In this document: positions 17,015 through 27,639 of the stretch, piece by piece
How the letters are laid out: each line of letters starts with the position of its first letter
How positions within the stretch are numbered: position 1 is the stretch's first letter
Virus record (IMG/VR): IMGVR_UViG_3300037468_000493
Coordinates: 1 to 64,000 of that record
Reading direction: 5' to 3' (one strand)
DNA length: 64,000 nucleotides
DNA from: a virus
Translations under genes and position numbers: made by a program
Notes under the pieces: generated by a model
The model's input: the letters and a program-made list of their open reading frames with translations, nothing else
Databases searched by the model: none
What the model was told of the DNA's origin: nothing

Positions 17015-20000
17015 CGCGGCACCCTTTCTACTGCGGTTGCCCCAGTCGTTGCAGGATCGCCGTCGGCATCTACCAGATCAAATACCGTCCTCACGCTACC
17101 GTCAGCATTGTATTGGGTGGCGGTGCTGGCTGCGTAGTTGATTTTGTGGCGGCCAGAGGCTACTGCCCTAGCGGCTGCCTCTGCGGCGATTAGCGCATTG
17201 TGGCGATCGGTCGTGAAGCCCGCCGCCTGCACCTGGGCCAGGGTCGCCGCCGAGGTAATGGCCGTGGCCTGTGCTCCGCTGAGAGTGCGATCGCCTCCCG
17301 AGTACACCCAGACCTGAGCCGCTGTCAATGTGCTTAGCCCACTGGTTGCGGCTGTAATTGCCGCTTCCACAGCGCTTTGATCGGCTGGATCGCTGGGTAG
17401 GGTGTCCGTCTTGGCCTTGATCAATGCAATGTCGCCATTCGCCGGGGCTGTGTAACCTGCGGTGGCTAACCTGCTGCTGATGGCGGCATCAATCCGCCCG
17501 GTGACCGTTGGGGTCAAGCCTACGTCAGCCAGGGCCGTATCAACTTCGGCGTTGACCTGGGCCGTGCTGAGGTTATTGAGCCCTGCGATCGCCGTTGTGA
17601 CCGTCCCAACATCGCTGGTTAGCTCTGCCCGTGTCGGAGGGTCGTAGGCCGTCAGGGCCGCTGCTGCCGCCGCCTGGGTAGCTGTAGAGTCGAGGGGCGG
17701 TGTGGTGAGGCTATAGCCGGTTTTGTCGTTATTCGTGCCCACTGTCACGGCTCCGCTCGTGATGGTCAAGGCTGAGCCGATCCGAGACAGTAGGGTGGTC
17801 ACTCCGCTGGAGTCTGCGATCGCTGTCAATGTGCGAGTAGCCGCAGTCCACACAGCGTCGAATGCCCCCGCCGCAAACTTAGCGCTGGTGAATGCTCCAT
17901 CCTGAATCTTGGCAGGGGTGATCGCCCCGTCTGAAAGGCTATAGCCAGTTTTGTTGGTGACGGTGCCTACGGTTGTCACGTTGGCTACTGTGTCGGTAGC
18001 CGGGTCAAAGTAATCGGCAGCGGCCAGTGTTCGTGCTGTAATTTGAGCCGGGATTGTGGCGTCGGTATCTACCAGGATGGCATCAACTACGGTGTCGATC
18101 GCCCCTAGTTGAGTATCCAGATTGGCGCTGCCCAGACCCACTGCCGACCGTGTCCCCGCTGCGTCAAGGGGATTGTTTCGGGCCACTAGGGTGTCGAGGT
18201 CTGCATCCACACTGCCCGCAGAGGGTGAGCCTGCCGTTGGGGCCAGCTTGAGCGCATCGCGTACCTGTTGAGCCGTTAGCCCACCGCCCGAGGGTGCATT
18301 GACGAGGGCCGCTGTGCTAAATACTCCAGCCGTTTGCAATGTCGCAGCTAGATCAGCTAGGTCTTCAGCCTCGCCCGCCGTCAATCCACTGGTGCCTGAT
18401 TCAAATGTCAGTAGAGTGCCTAAGCTGAGCGCATTTGGGTTAATGCCACCGGTGCCGGGTTCGCCGGGGGCTACCAGGCTGCTCCCATCAGCGCTGGTGG
18501 CATTGCCCCCTACAATATTCAGCCGGGTTGAGCTAGTGTTGTCAATCTCAAAATTGGCAAACACAAAGTTATTTGCGGTAATAGCGACTGATGTATCGGC
18601 ATTAATTAGTCGAATCCCTGGGGCCGTTGAGGATACCCACACGCCCCAAATATAAATATCCTGCCATAGGCTTAGGCCGTCGGCATCAGAGGCGTTCACC
18701 TGAACTCTACCGCCGCCACCCTCTAGACCAAAACTGTAGGGGCCACTATTAGACGCATCAAGGGTACTGCCATCGTTAGCAGCAGTTAGCTCCGTGACCA
18801 CCGTACCGCTAGCGTTTTTGATCCGCCCCCCGATTTGCACGGAAGTTGAAGCAACAATATCTTCATGCACCTCATTTAATTCAATGGCCGGATTTACCAC
18901 CACAGGATCATTAATCCCTGCCGTTGTGCTCCACAAAAATTCTTGGATATATAGCGGGGTAGCTGTGGCAACCCCAGCACTACTAGCCCAGTAAATCGCC
19001 TTGCGAACAACCCTGTCTCCATTGGCCAGAGTTAAGGCAACACTGGCCCCGCTACCGCCACTAATCGTTGTATTAGTTAGTTGAGTTTCAGCGATCAATG
19101 TAAATATTGAGCCGCTGGCGTTTGTGCCTGCTGTGGATATTGTGATAGGTGTTCCAGCAATATCCGATTCCTTCACAAACAGCGTGATAGCCCCACTAGA
19201 AATGGTGGCATAGTAGCGCCCACCATCGACTATCTGCGGGCTAGTCGTGGGCAAAGTTGCCCCTGCTGTAGCTTGGATTTTGGCGTTTGTATAGGGGCTA
19301 CCCGTAGCAAATGCTGGGGGCTGGCTGTTGCTGTCGTTGCCTAGGGTAATAGTGTCTGGGCCAGTGTTGATGGCGCTGCTAGCGACCAGAAAAGATTGCT
19401 GGTGGGCTAGATATAGGCGAGTGCCATTGACTAGGCTGGCGGCGGTGTAGGCAACAACTGGCTCCTGAATCGTCACGCCCGCCCCTGCCGTGATGTTTGC
19501 CGCAGAACCGAGCGGAACTAACACGGTTGCCGTCCCACTTGTCACGTTGATCGTAGTTGTTGCCGCAAAGGTGCAATTTCTTAAATCTAAATTGGCCCCA
19601 CTGCGATCTGCATTAGGGAATACTTCTAAAGTTGAGCCATTCTGGAAAAAGAAATCTATTGTATAGGTCGCCTTTTTGCCTAGGCGAACGGTGGCCCCAG
19701 AGGCCACGGTAATGCCACTTGAGTTGGTGATATCTGCCGTGGCGGTCGTCAACCGTAGAGCTGATCCACTGCCAATAGTGCCCGAGTCGTCAAAGTCAAA
19801 TGTGTAGTTGAAAGCTAAAGTGAATGCAACCGGAGATACGCCCGCAGAGAAGTTGAAGTAATCCAGCGACGAGGTTAATTCCGCTAGGTTTGCAGCGGTG
19901 ATTAGCCTAATTGAAAGTGATACGGCTACGTTATTTAGATTATTGGGCAATAGCTGAGCCCCGGCAACATCAGTAATCTGAAAGAGGCTAACTCTAGCTG

Positions 20001-21165
20001 AGCTAACATCTGCCGTTGCAATCCACAGTATCCCATCTGTCGCTTGGAACTGAAATATTGACTGAGGGCCATTCCCAACGTTTTTTGTTATTAGCGTATT
20101 CGCTGTAATTGTGGCTTGGGACTGGACAATTCCGTCAGTCCCCGCAATTTGAAATAGACTGACTCTATTTGAACCATTATCGGCTGTCGCAATCCACCGG
20201 GTTCCATCTGTACCTTGAAGCTGAACGACTGAATAAGGGTTAGTCCCAACGGGTTTGGTTATTAAAGTATTCGCTGTAATTGTGGCTTGGGACTGGACAA
20301 TTCCGTCAGTCCCCGCAATCTGGAATAAACTGACTCTACTTGAAGTAAAATCGGCTGTTGCAATCCACCGGGTTCCATTTGTCGCTTGGAACTGAACGAC
20401 TGAAAAAGGGTTAGTCCCAACGGTTTTTGTTATTAAAGTATTAGACGTAATTGTGGCTTGGGACTGGACAATGCCATCAACGCCCGCAATTTGAAATAGA
20501 CTGACTCTATTTGAACTAAAATCGGCTGTTGCAATCCACCGGGTTCCATTTGTCGCTTGGAACTGAACGACTGAAAAAGGCGTAGCCCCGACGGTTTTTG
20601 TTATTAGCGTATTCGCTGTAATTGTGGCTTGGTCATCAACAATGCCATCAACGCCCGCAATCTGAAAGAGGCTAACTCTAGCTGAACTACTATCTGCTGT
20701 TGCAATCCACCGGGTTCCATCTGTACCTTGGAACTGAAATACTGAACGAGGCGAATTCCCAACGGTTTTGGTTATTAAAGTATTAGACGTAATTGTGGCT
20801 TGGTCATCAACAATGCCATCAACGCCCGCAATCTGGAATAAACTGACTCTACTTGAACTACTATCTGCCGTTGCAATCCACCGGGTTCCATCTGTCGCTT
20901 GGAACTGAAATACTGAGTAAGGGTTAGTCCCGACGGTTTTGGTTATCCGCGTATTAGACGTAATTGTTGCTTGGTCATCAACAATGCCATCAACGCCCGC
21001 AATCTGGAATAAACTAACTTGATTTGAAAAAAAATCGGCTGTTGCAATCCACAGGGCTCCATCAGTCGTTTGGAACTGAACGACTGACTGAGGGTTAGTC
21101 CCAACGGTCTTAATCCTCATGGGACGCAGATCCAGATCCAGCGCAAAGCGATAGTTAACCGCCAT
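17011..21165 (-). CDS. Large tail fibre/adhesin with N-terminal seven-repeat beta-propeller
   Basis: 1384 aa; 7 x 57-aa repeats (VGTNP.SV...WIATAD..S.RVSLFQI); C-terminal Ala/Thr-rich fibre repeats (DKTGYSL, VWTAATRTLT). Confidence 0.7.
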   Translation of the reverse strand: MAVNYRFALDLDLRPMRIKTVGTNPQSVVQFQTTDGALWIATADFFSNQVSLFQIAGVDGIVDDQATITSNTRITKTVGTNPYSVFQFQATDGTRWIATADSSSSRVSLFQIAGVDGIVDDQATITSNTLITKTVGNSPRSVFQFQGTDGTRWIATADSSSARVSLFQIAGVDGIVDDQATITANTLITKTVGATPFSVVQFQATNGTRWIATADFSSNRVSLFQIAGVDGIVQSQATITSNTLITKTVGTNPFSVVQFQATNGTRWIATADFTSSRVSLFQIAGTDGIVQSQATITANTLITKPVGTNPYSVVQLQGTDGTRWIATADNGSNRVSLFQIAGTDGIVQSQATITANTLITKNVGNGPQSIFQFQATDGILWIATADVSSARVSLFQITDVAGAQLLPNNLNNVAVSLSIRLITAANLAELTSSLDYFNFSAGVSPVAFTLAFNYTFDFDDSGTIGSGSALRLTTATADITNSSGITVASGATVRLGKKATYTIDFFFQNGSTLEVFPNADRSGANLDLRNCTFAATTTINVTSGTATVLVPLGSAANITAGAGVTIQEPVVAYTAASLVNGTRLYLAHQQSFLVASSAINTGPDTITLGNDSNSQPPAFATGSPYTNAKIQATAGATLPTTSPQIVDGGRYYATISSGAITLFVKESDIAGTPITISTAGTNASGSIFTLIAETQLTNTTISGGSGASVALTLANGDRVVRKAIYWASSAGVATATPLYIQEFLWSTTAGINDPVVVNPAIELNEVHEDIVASTSVQIGGRIKNASGTVVTELTAANDGSTLDASNSGPYSFGLEGGGGRVQVNASDADGLSLWQDIYIWGVWVSSTAPGIRLINADTSVAITANNFVFANFEIDNTSSTRLNIVGGNATSADGSSLVAPGEPGTGGINPNALSLGTLLTFESGTSGLTAGEAEDLADLAATLQTAGVFSTAALVNAPSGGGLTAQQVRDALKLAPTAGSPSAGSVDADLDTLVARNNPLDAAGTRSAVGLGSANLDTQLGAIDTVVDAILVDTDATIPAQITARTLAAADYFDPATDTVANVTTVGTVTNKTGYSLSDGAITPAKIQDGAFTSAKFAAGAFDAVWTAATRTLTAIADSSGVTTLLSRIGSALTITSGAVTVGTNNDKTGYSLTTPPLDSTATQAAAAAALTAYDPPTRAELTSDVGTVTTAIAGLNNLSTAQVNAEVDTALADVGLTPTVTGRIDAAISSRLATAGYTAPANGDIALIKAKTDTLPSDPADQSAVEAAITAATSGLSTLTAAQVWVYSGGDRTLSGAQATAITSAATLAQVQAAGFTTDRHNALIAAEAAARAVASGRHKINYAASTATQYNADGSVRTVFDLVDADGDPATTGATAVERVPR
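19975..21115 (-). repeat. 171-bp tandem coding repeats (7 units)
   Basis: GCAATCCACCGGGTTCC recurs at a 171-bp period (e.g. 20531, 20702, 20873). Confidence 0.9.
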
Positions 21166-21483
21166 CTACCGCGCCCTCCCCAGCCATTGCACCGCCCGAT
21201 CGCGCCATGCCCCAGCAACCCGCGCCAGGTGCCACCGCCAGCCAGTGTGGCGGAGTGTGTGGGCCTTTTCGTCGGGGGTGGGTCGGCCTGGGGTATAGCT
21301 CATGTCCCTAGGCTATGGTGGCCCAGCCCATAGCCTAGTAAATTCGGCTCTTTTGGCAGGCAGATTTAGCAAATAATCAGCGCTTGTCAGGAGTGGTGAG
21401 CATGGGGTATAGCTCATGGCATTACCGCGCTATCCCCTGGCCTAGCCCATGGTAAATTTATTGAAACGTGGTATGGAGCGAGC

Positions 21484-21777
21484 ATGGACATTAACCTAGC
21501 CATCTATGGCGGTGCAGTCTGCACGGGAGCCCTGGCGGCAGTGACCGCGCAATGGGTCTACAACGAATGGTTGTGGCGGCTCGATCGCAGTACAGTGATG
21601 ACGCCCAGCATCAAAGACCCCCTGGCCCAAATGGCCGCGCTCAATACTTTGCTGGAGGCGATCCGAGATGAGGATGCGCGGGAGGCTGGGCCTGTGCGTC
21701 AACCACCGATGCCCTATCCAGACCTGGATGAGTGGGGAGTGATGCAGGACTACGAGGGGGAGGAGGGGCTTAGTTAG
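21484..21777 (+). CDS. Small N-terminal TM protein
   Basis: GGAG RBS; hydrophobic N-terminus. Confidence 0.55.
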   Translation: MDINLAIYGGAVCTGALAAVTAQWVYNEWLWRLDRSTVMTPSIKDPLAQMAALNTLLEAIRDEDAREAGPVRQPPMPYPDLDEWGVMQDYEGEEGLS

Positions 21778-21806
21778 GGTAGGTAGGTGATGCCCTCAAT
21801 GGTGCT

Positions 21807-23333
21807 TTAACCAAAGCTAGGCGGAAGAATTAGAGGGATAGACATCAGTATCTCGGTTGTCGCTGGAGCCGATGCAACACCAGCAGCGGGCAGCGCTACT
21901 TCAACGCTGAAGCTATCAATCGCGCCGCCAATGACGCAATTAAATCCCCGATAGACGTACACATTATAGATGTCATTAAACTCGCTGTTGGCCGCCGTTA
22001 CCGTTACCGTCCCTGTTACCGGCTCAGATCCCAGCAGCGGCCCAGAGAAGCTGATTACAGCCTTAAATCCATTGCCAATTAGTATTCTATCCACTAGCAA
22101 CGAACCACCAACACAGGCGTTTAATGTGCCTGTGACATTCGTTTCTGTACTTACTTGAGTGAAGGTTCGTAATAGGTGGGTCAGCGGGTATCGCCAATCT
22201 GGGTAGGCATCGTTTTGATGCACTTTGAAAAAGGGTGAAGAGTTCAAGCCTGATGATAGTGGTATCTCAATGTTATTGCCAAGAGAACTCCCGCTCGACA
22301 ATGGTGAAACCGGGACAGAGGAAATATTGCCTCCAGCATTTAACTGTATGTATTCGTAGTCGGTAAAAATCTGAGTTTCTACGTTATAGGCGTGTTTAAT
22401 GAAAAAGAAAACGTTCCTTTCGTGTCCTGAAATGTAGGCATTTGCAAATTCAGGGCGATACATTCCAGGCTCAGTTTCAGGATCTGGAATGTTCGCAGAG
22501 CCATCGTGGGCGAGTGCCCATGACTTGGATTGAGGAGGTGCGATACCCTTCACAGCAAAGCGATTCATAAAACCGCCACCCTTCACGTAATACATTTGCC
22601 CAGCAGGAATCGCGGCAGGCACTGGATCAGCATAGGGCACTACTGCATACATCAAATGTATTCTCGCAGAACTGCGCCGAACGTAAACTCTACGGGTGCC
22701 ATCGTAGCGGGCTCTGTATAAATCAGATTTCACGTAACCTTTAGCGGCCACTTCAGGCGGTATGTTCCCCTGATCCCATTCAAACTGAGATATTGTGTAG
22801 CCAGTGTACTCATAGACTTCATCAATGCTGACGACCGTTCGCCTGCTAGTTCCACTGGATGGGATCGGGGTATCATTCCCAAAAGTTTCCCCCTGTAATG
22901 GAGCAAAAACAAGATGAGCAGTACGACCTGAAGCAATTTTCCCCTCCGTAAAAAACTGGCCAGTAAATTCTGACACTAGAGGAATCGCTGGTGTTGGGAA
23001 TAGGCGAATCCCCCATGTAAATGATTGATTGTCCGACAGTGTAGGGTAAATGTCATCAAAAGGATTAATTAAAGTTGTATCAAAATAGCCCTCTTCACCA
23101 GGGGTCTTGAATGTATAGTTTATATCTGCGGCCCAAATTATTAACTTGAAACCTGGAGGGATTTGGTCAGGTGGAGCAGGATCAAAGTATCTGGCAGGGA
23201 GCGTGTAAACAAGTTTGTCGTAGCCGTTGCTGACTACCCAAAATTCGGATCGATCTTCGTATTCTGAACGGTACAAGATAGCCGCCACCCCGGCCCCACC
23301 CCCATACCAAATAAAACTGCCTAGCCCCATCAC
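21807..23333 (-). CDS. Putative tail/receptor-binding protein (AT-rich)
   Basis: In the tail operon; aromatic and beta-rich; lower GC than flanks. Confidence 0.5.
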   Translation of the reverse strand: MMGLGSFIWYGGGAGVAAILYRSEYEDRSEFWVVSNGYDKLVYTLPARYFDPAPPDQIPPGFKLIIWAADINYTFKTPGEEGYFDTTLINPFDDIYPTLSDNQSFTWGIRLFPTPAIPLVSEFTGQFFTEGKIASGRTAHLVFAPLQGETFGNDTPIPSSGTSRRTVVSIDEVYEYTGYTISQFEWDQGNIPPEVAAKGYVKSDLYRARYDGTRRVYVRRSSARIHLMYAVVPYADPVPAAIPAGQMYYVKGGGFMNRFAVKGIAPPQSKSWALAHDGSANIPDPETEPGMYRPEFANAYISGHERNVFFFIKHAYNVETQIFTDYEYIQLNAGGNISSVPVSPLSSGSSLGNNIEIPLSSGLNSSPFFKVHQNDAYPDWRYPLTHLLRTFTQVSTETNVTGTLNACVGGSLLVDRILIGNGFKAVISFSGPLLGSEPVTGTVTVTAANSEFNDIYNVYVYRGFNCVIGGAIDSFSVEVALPAAGVASAPATTEILMSIPLILPPSFG

Positions 23334-23890
23334 CCACCCCTGACCACGACCGTGGCGTAATAGATCCCCGTCCCTACGTCATCGACCCGGACTCCTACAA
23401 AGTCAGCAGGCTCAATCACCGTCACCCCGAGAGTCACAGCATTACCATTCACTAAAAGCGTCCCGGTGCCTGCTGTGGCGGCCTCTCCCGTCTCTGTGCG
23501 GTTTGAGATAGTGAAGCTCACGGCCACATACTGAGCTTCGGCCCGAGGGATGATGCCGTAAACATTGTTGACCACTGGCCCCGGTATGCCGATCGCCCGT
23601 TCGGTGGTCTCCGCTGCAATATCAGGCAACCGCCCTTGGATAGGTGGCACAGACGCGATCGTGATAATGCCGATTGGGTTACCGGGGATAAACGCAACCG
23701 CCGCATCCAGCCGAGGTTGAGAATCTCCAATCACCCGGCCCTGCGCTCGTCGGCCCTGGGGGTCTTCCACGTTGCCGACCTGGCCCTCTTGCCCCTTGAC
23801 CCAGCCCTTCCAATACCAAACAGCACCCTCGGGCTTTAGCGGGGCGATTCGTTGGGCGGCGGCGGTGTTGTACTGGCTAGGGGAGGGCAT
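23330..23890 (-). CDS. Putative tail protein
   Basis: Operon context. Confidence 0.5.
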   Translation of the reverse strand: MPSPSQYNTAAAQRIAPLKPEGAVWYWKGWVKGQEGQVGNVEDPQGRRAQGRVIGDSQPRLDAAVAFIPGNPIGIITIASVPPIQGRLPDIAAETTERAIGIPGPVVNNVYGIIPRAEAQYVAVSFTISNRTETGEAATAGTGTLLVNGNAVTLGVTVIEPADFVGVRVDDVGTGIYYATVVVRGG

Positions 23891-23892
23891 AG

Positions 23893-24672
23893 CTAGGCGG
23901 CAGGGTCATCGGCGGCATAGAGCGGATAGTTGAGCTGCCCGGTAGCGCTGGCAGCAACGATGGTCTGGGTTGAATCAAACCTAAAAAACTGGGCCACGGT
24001 GCCTGTGGTGTTCCCCGGCGTGGCACTGCCCCCCCTGATGATGGCACAGCCGCTATAGGTGATGTTGGCCCCATTGGTATTATCGAGCAGAATAGGCACC
24101 GTCAGAACGGCATAGTGCGATCGAGTAGCCAGGGCCGCGTCTGGCTCTACCAGGATAGAGGGGCTGGCGGGGCTAACGGTGGGCCGATTGCTGGTACTGC
24201 CTGCGGTGGTAGGGTAGGCCGCGATTTCGTAGCGCTCCAGGTTTGCCACGCTTAAGAATAGGTTGTACTGGCTCCCGGTGATGATTGCGCCGGGGGTGAC
24301 CTCGACGGCGGTGTGGGTGCCACTACCCTGGGTGGTAAGGTCGATCGCACTACCGATCGCCCCCGCTGTGGTCAAGGTCGCCACGGTGATCTGAGTAGTG
24401 CTCGCAACGGAGGCCACATAGTAGGCGGTCTCTGCTACCAAGGGGGCCGGGAGCACCCCGGTGGTTTCAAACCGGAGACAGGTGCCCACGGCATAGTCAC
24501 TGCTGGGCACCGTGACTACATTGGTGCTGGTGTTGACATCCGTTGTGGCAAAGGTGCGGCTGGCCCCGGTTGCAGCCATATTCATCAACATTAGGTGAAA
24601 GCTATCGCCATTGCTTTTGTAGAGCAGGTTGAGGTGACGGGTTAGCTCGGATAGGGGTGTGATTGAGGCCAT
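23893..24672 (-). CDS. Putative tail protein
   Basis: TTGVLPAPLVAETAYYV...IDLTTQGSGTHT motif typical of virion fibre domains. Confidence 0.6.
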   Translation of the reverse strand: MASITPLSELTRHLNLLYKSNGDSFHLMLMNMAATGASRTFATTDVNTSTNVVTVPSSDYAVGTCLRFETTGVLPAPLVAETAYYVASVASTTQITVATLTTAGAIGSAIDLTTQGSGTHTAVEVTPGAIITGSQYNLFLSVANLERYEIAAYPTTAGSTSNRPTVSPASPSILVEPDAALATRSHYAVLTVPILLDNTNGANITYSGCAIIRGGSATPGNTTGTVAQFFRFDSTQTIVAASATGQLNYPLYAADDPAA

Positions 24673-24704
24673 GGGTTTGCATCCTTTGGTCTATTGTGGC
24701 AGAT

Positions 24705-25400
24705 TCATGAGATGACAGGCTCCGGCATCTTAGGATGGGTAATCGCCCAGTCTCCGGCTTCCAGTGATGGGTTCCACTGGGGCCGCAGTTCAACTTCAGG
24801 GAACCCATCTGCGTTTAACCAAGGCAAAGGGCAGTATCCAAGTTTACTCAGGTGATAGCCAATAACTGAGTCTTCACTTACCTGATCCCCCTTGTAGAAA
24901 AAGTTTTGCCTTTCGCTGGATGGCAGTCTCTCTAGGTAGGCTGCAAGGCGGATTAGCAGTAATCGAGAAAAAGCCACCCCAGCCCCAGTTGTAGATAGGA
25001 TACGTGCTTCAGGCTGATAGAACACTTGCCCGATCCAGTCAGTACAGGGGTCAGGCATGAAGGCTTGGCGGCGAATCTCCGAATCTGGATCGACTTGGAT
25101 CAAAGTCGGCGCGGTTGTTGCAGATAGCGACTGGGAGAAACCACGAATCAAATGGTCTTCGCATCGTCCCGGCAATTTTAAGCGTTCAGGATTGCAGATT
25201 GCAGTAATCCCTATCATGGCGTTTAGCTGCGAAACTAGCTCAGTATCAACCGGGCCATCCGATGTTGCCACAATTCTGGATTCACTGTACCATCTGCGAA
25301 TCATCCCGACTAGATTCAGGACAAGGTGTTGATCCCCTTCCCAGAAAAAAAAGAAAAAATCTACTCCTTTACTCATTCCGCCCCCTGGCAGAATCCTCAA
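24705..25400 (-). CDS. Putative GT-A-fold glycosyltransferase
   Basis: IVATSDG, IQVDPDS (DxD), GAGVAFSR, SEDSVIG, ITHP. Confidence 0.6.
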   Translation of the reverse strand: MRILPGGGMSKGVDFFFFFWEGDQHLVLNLVGMIRRWYSESRIVATSDGPVDTELVSQLNAMIGITAICNPERLKLPGRCEDHLIRGFSQSLSATTAPTLIQVDPDSEIRRQAFMPDPCTDWIGQVFYQPEARILSTTGAGVAFSRLLLIRLAAYLERLPSSERQNFFYKGDQVSEDSVIGYHLSKLGYCPLPWLNADGFPEVELRPQWNPSLEAGDWAITHPKMPEPVIS

Positions 25401-26292
25401 GGATTTTGACTAACTTTTCTGCTACAGCTACATGTCCGTATGGCTCAGCCATCGATAGGGCTTTGTCATAGTGCAATGGTCGACGGTTAAGCACTGCGCT
25501 GGCAAATCGATCTGGGCTACCGTCGATTAGGTAGGGGGTGCCTGCCAATGTTTCATCTGGGCCTCCACTGCCCCTAACTGCGATTGGGGTGCAGCCGTGG
25601 GCCAGTGATTCAACCACAGGCATCCCAAAGGGTTCATGAGGGCACGGAGCAATAAGCCATTTTGCTTTCAAATAGTAGGGTTTTGGGTCTTTTTGTCTAG
25701 CATACAAAACCTGGTCATGAATCCACCTTGCGTTAATGTCTCCCCAAACATCACGAGATGATGGGCCGACAATTGTTAATCGAAACTCTGGAGTTCTAGG
25801 CAAATCTGCCATCATGTTAAGCAAAAGGGAAAGCCCTTTACTGCGCTCTACCCTGCCCACAAATAGCAACCCTTGCCTTGATTTTGGATCTACAGCATTA
25901 ACTTCGCTTGCTTCAGGCAAGATGATTGCCTCAGGCAAGACCGCCGCCCCAGTAAAGCTATTTTGTGTATTTGCCCGCATGTGCTCAGCGGTAACTATCC
26001 ATTGATGCACTCCACTTTCTAAAACGAATGGTTCTGGCCGGGTAACGGGGTTTTGCCTAATCCATGCAACCCGTTTAGCTACTGGAACACACTTGAGTAA
26101 GTCAAGATTTTCCAGACACGTTACTGCGTACCACTTAGACGGAGAAAAAAGCTTAAATCGAATCCAATTTGTGCAATCAAGCGCAATTGCAGGTTTGCCG
26201 ATTGCATTGAGTCCAGCAATCAAGTTTGCCGTGCTTACGGCCTTGCCCGACCAGGGTTCTTCCCTAGTCAAGAACGTTATAAAACGGCCCAT
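25369..26292 (-). CDS. GT-B glycosyltransferase (family 4-like)
   Basis: LLFVGRVERSKGL, LTIVG, EPFGMPVVESLAHGCTPI. Confidence 0.9.
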   Translation of the reverse strand: MGRFITFLTREEPWSGKAVSTANLIAGLNAIGKPAIALDCTNWIRFKLFSPSKWYAVTCLENLDLLKCVPVAKRVAWIRQNPVTRPEPFVLESGVHQWIVTAEHMRANTQNSFTGAAVLPEAIILPEASEVNAVDPKSRQGLLFVGRVERSKGLSLLLNMMADLPRTPEFRLTIVGPSSRDVWGDINARWIHDQVLYARQKDPKPYYLKAKWLIAPCPHEPFGMPVVESLAHGCTPIAVRGSGGPDETLAGTPYLIDGSPDRFASAVLNRRPLHYDKALSMAEPYGHVAVAEKLVKILEDSARGRNE

Positions 26293-27227
26293 CGATTGCC
26301 CCCAGTCGTGCCAGCGACATAGGCCGTGACAGTTACAGCCCCGTAGCCGCCCGAAACCAGTGCGTAATAGAGCTGGCCTTGATAGTCAGCCGTCACTGAG
26401 TTATCAGGCGATCCGCTGCTGGAGCTAATCAAAGGGGTGCCGCTGACAACTACCCATCCTGATGATGCTGTAGTTGATGCTCTCCACATTGTTCTTGAGC
26501 TTAAGGAAGTTCGGCTTTGAATAACAATTTCGCCCAAGAAGGCTGGCGTCCTGGAATTTAATGGGCTAGTGCTTATTTCGGTAAAAGCTGTACTGCTACT
26601 GCTAGCAAGACTCAACGTCCAGCTAGCGATCGTGCCACTGCCTCCGGCCAGGTCTGAGGTAAACACCAGCGTCGTGGACGAATAGCTAGTGATCACCCCT
26701 TCCATATAGTTAGCAGGAGTTGCACTGCTAGCGAGTCGAATCCTTGATCCCACCACATAGGCCAGCCCCGCCTGTGTGGTGACGCTGATTGAGCCACTAG
26801 AAGCAATCGTGCGAGACGTGGTTGAAGTCCCCCCGTAGCCTGCCCCTGCCGCCCCCCGATCGCCTGCCAGGCTGAGGTTCCAACTAGCAAACGTGCCACT
26901 GCCTCCGGCTACATCCGAGGTAAACACCAGGGTCGTGGACGAATAACTGGTAACAACCCCTTCCATGTAGTTAGCAGGGCTGGCGCTACTGGCAAGCCTT
27001 ACCCGGCTACCCACGACGTATGCTAAACCAGACTGAGTGCTGACGGTGATTGATCCACTAGAGGCGATCGCCCGAGATGTCGTCGAAGTGCCCTTGTATC
27101 CAGGCACTAAGTTTTGAGCCGTCACAAAATGATCAAGGCTAGATCCAGCCCTTGCTACCAGAAAACGATCTGTTGAATTTAGCGTTGTTATTTCGTCGGT
27201 AAAACTACTCAGTTTTTTGTTAGGCAT
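26277..27227 (-). CDS. Tail fibre protein with two tandem ~80-aa repeats
   Basis: [48 protein letters not shown] occurs twice. Confidence 0.7.
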   Translation of the reverse strand: MPNKKLSSFTDEITTLNSTDRFLVARAGSSLDHFVTAQNLVPGYKGTSTTSRAIASSGSITVSTQSGLAYVVGSRVRLASSASPANYMEGVVTSYSSTTLVFTSDVAGGSGTFASWNLSLAGDRGAAGAGYGGTSTTSRTIASSGSISVTTQAGLAYVVGSRIRLASSATPANYMEGVITSYSSTTLVFTSDLAGGSGTIASWTLSLASSSSTAFTEISTSPLNSRTPAFLGEIVIQSRTSLSSRTMWRASTTASSGWVVVSGTPLISSSSGSPDNSVTADYQGQLYYALVSGGYGAVTVTAYVAGTTGGNRWAVL

Positions 27228-27639
27228 CGCTTTCCAGTATCAATAAATCGCCGGACTCTATTAAGAAACTGCCTTCAGATTCTAAGTCTAAAACATCTAC
27301 AAGTTGCTGTTCAAAAGATGGTATCCCGCCCATCAACATCCCCCCCAGCACCCTAGGCACAAATTGATAATGGGGCGGGGCCAGGGGCACCGCTGCTACC
27401 GTCACCAAAAACGAATCAGTGGAGGTTGCCGGGGTCGGGGTAGCGCTATCCTGAACGCCCCAGACCAGGGCCGTAGCCGTCTGTAGCGTCGTCGGGGTGC
27501 CTGTGATTAACCCCGTGCTGGCGTTCAGGCTAAGCCCAGCCGGGAGCCCTGAGGCAATGCTGTAGACGTAGGGCGGTGTCCCCCCGCTGGCGATTAGCTG
27601 GATTGAGGCAGGTAGGCCGGTGATGAGGGATGATGTCAT
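27220..27639 (-). CDS. Ig-like (He_PIG-type) virion protein
   Basis: [34 protein letters not shown]. Confidence 0.8.
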   Translation of the reverse strand: MTSSLITGLPASIQLIASGGTPPYVYSIASGLPAGLSLNASTGLITGTPTTLQTATALVWGVQDSATPTPATSTDSFLVTVAAVPLAPPHYQFVPRVLGGMLMGGIPSFEQQLVDVLDLESEGSFLIESGDLLILESDA

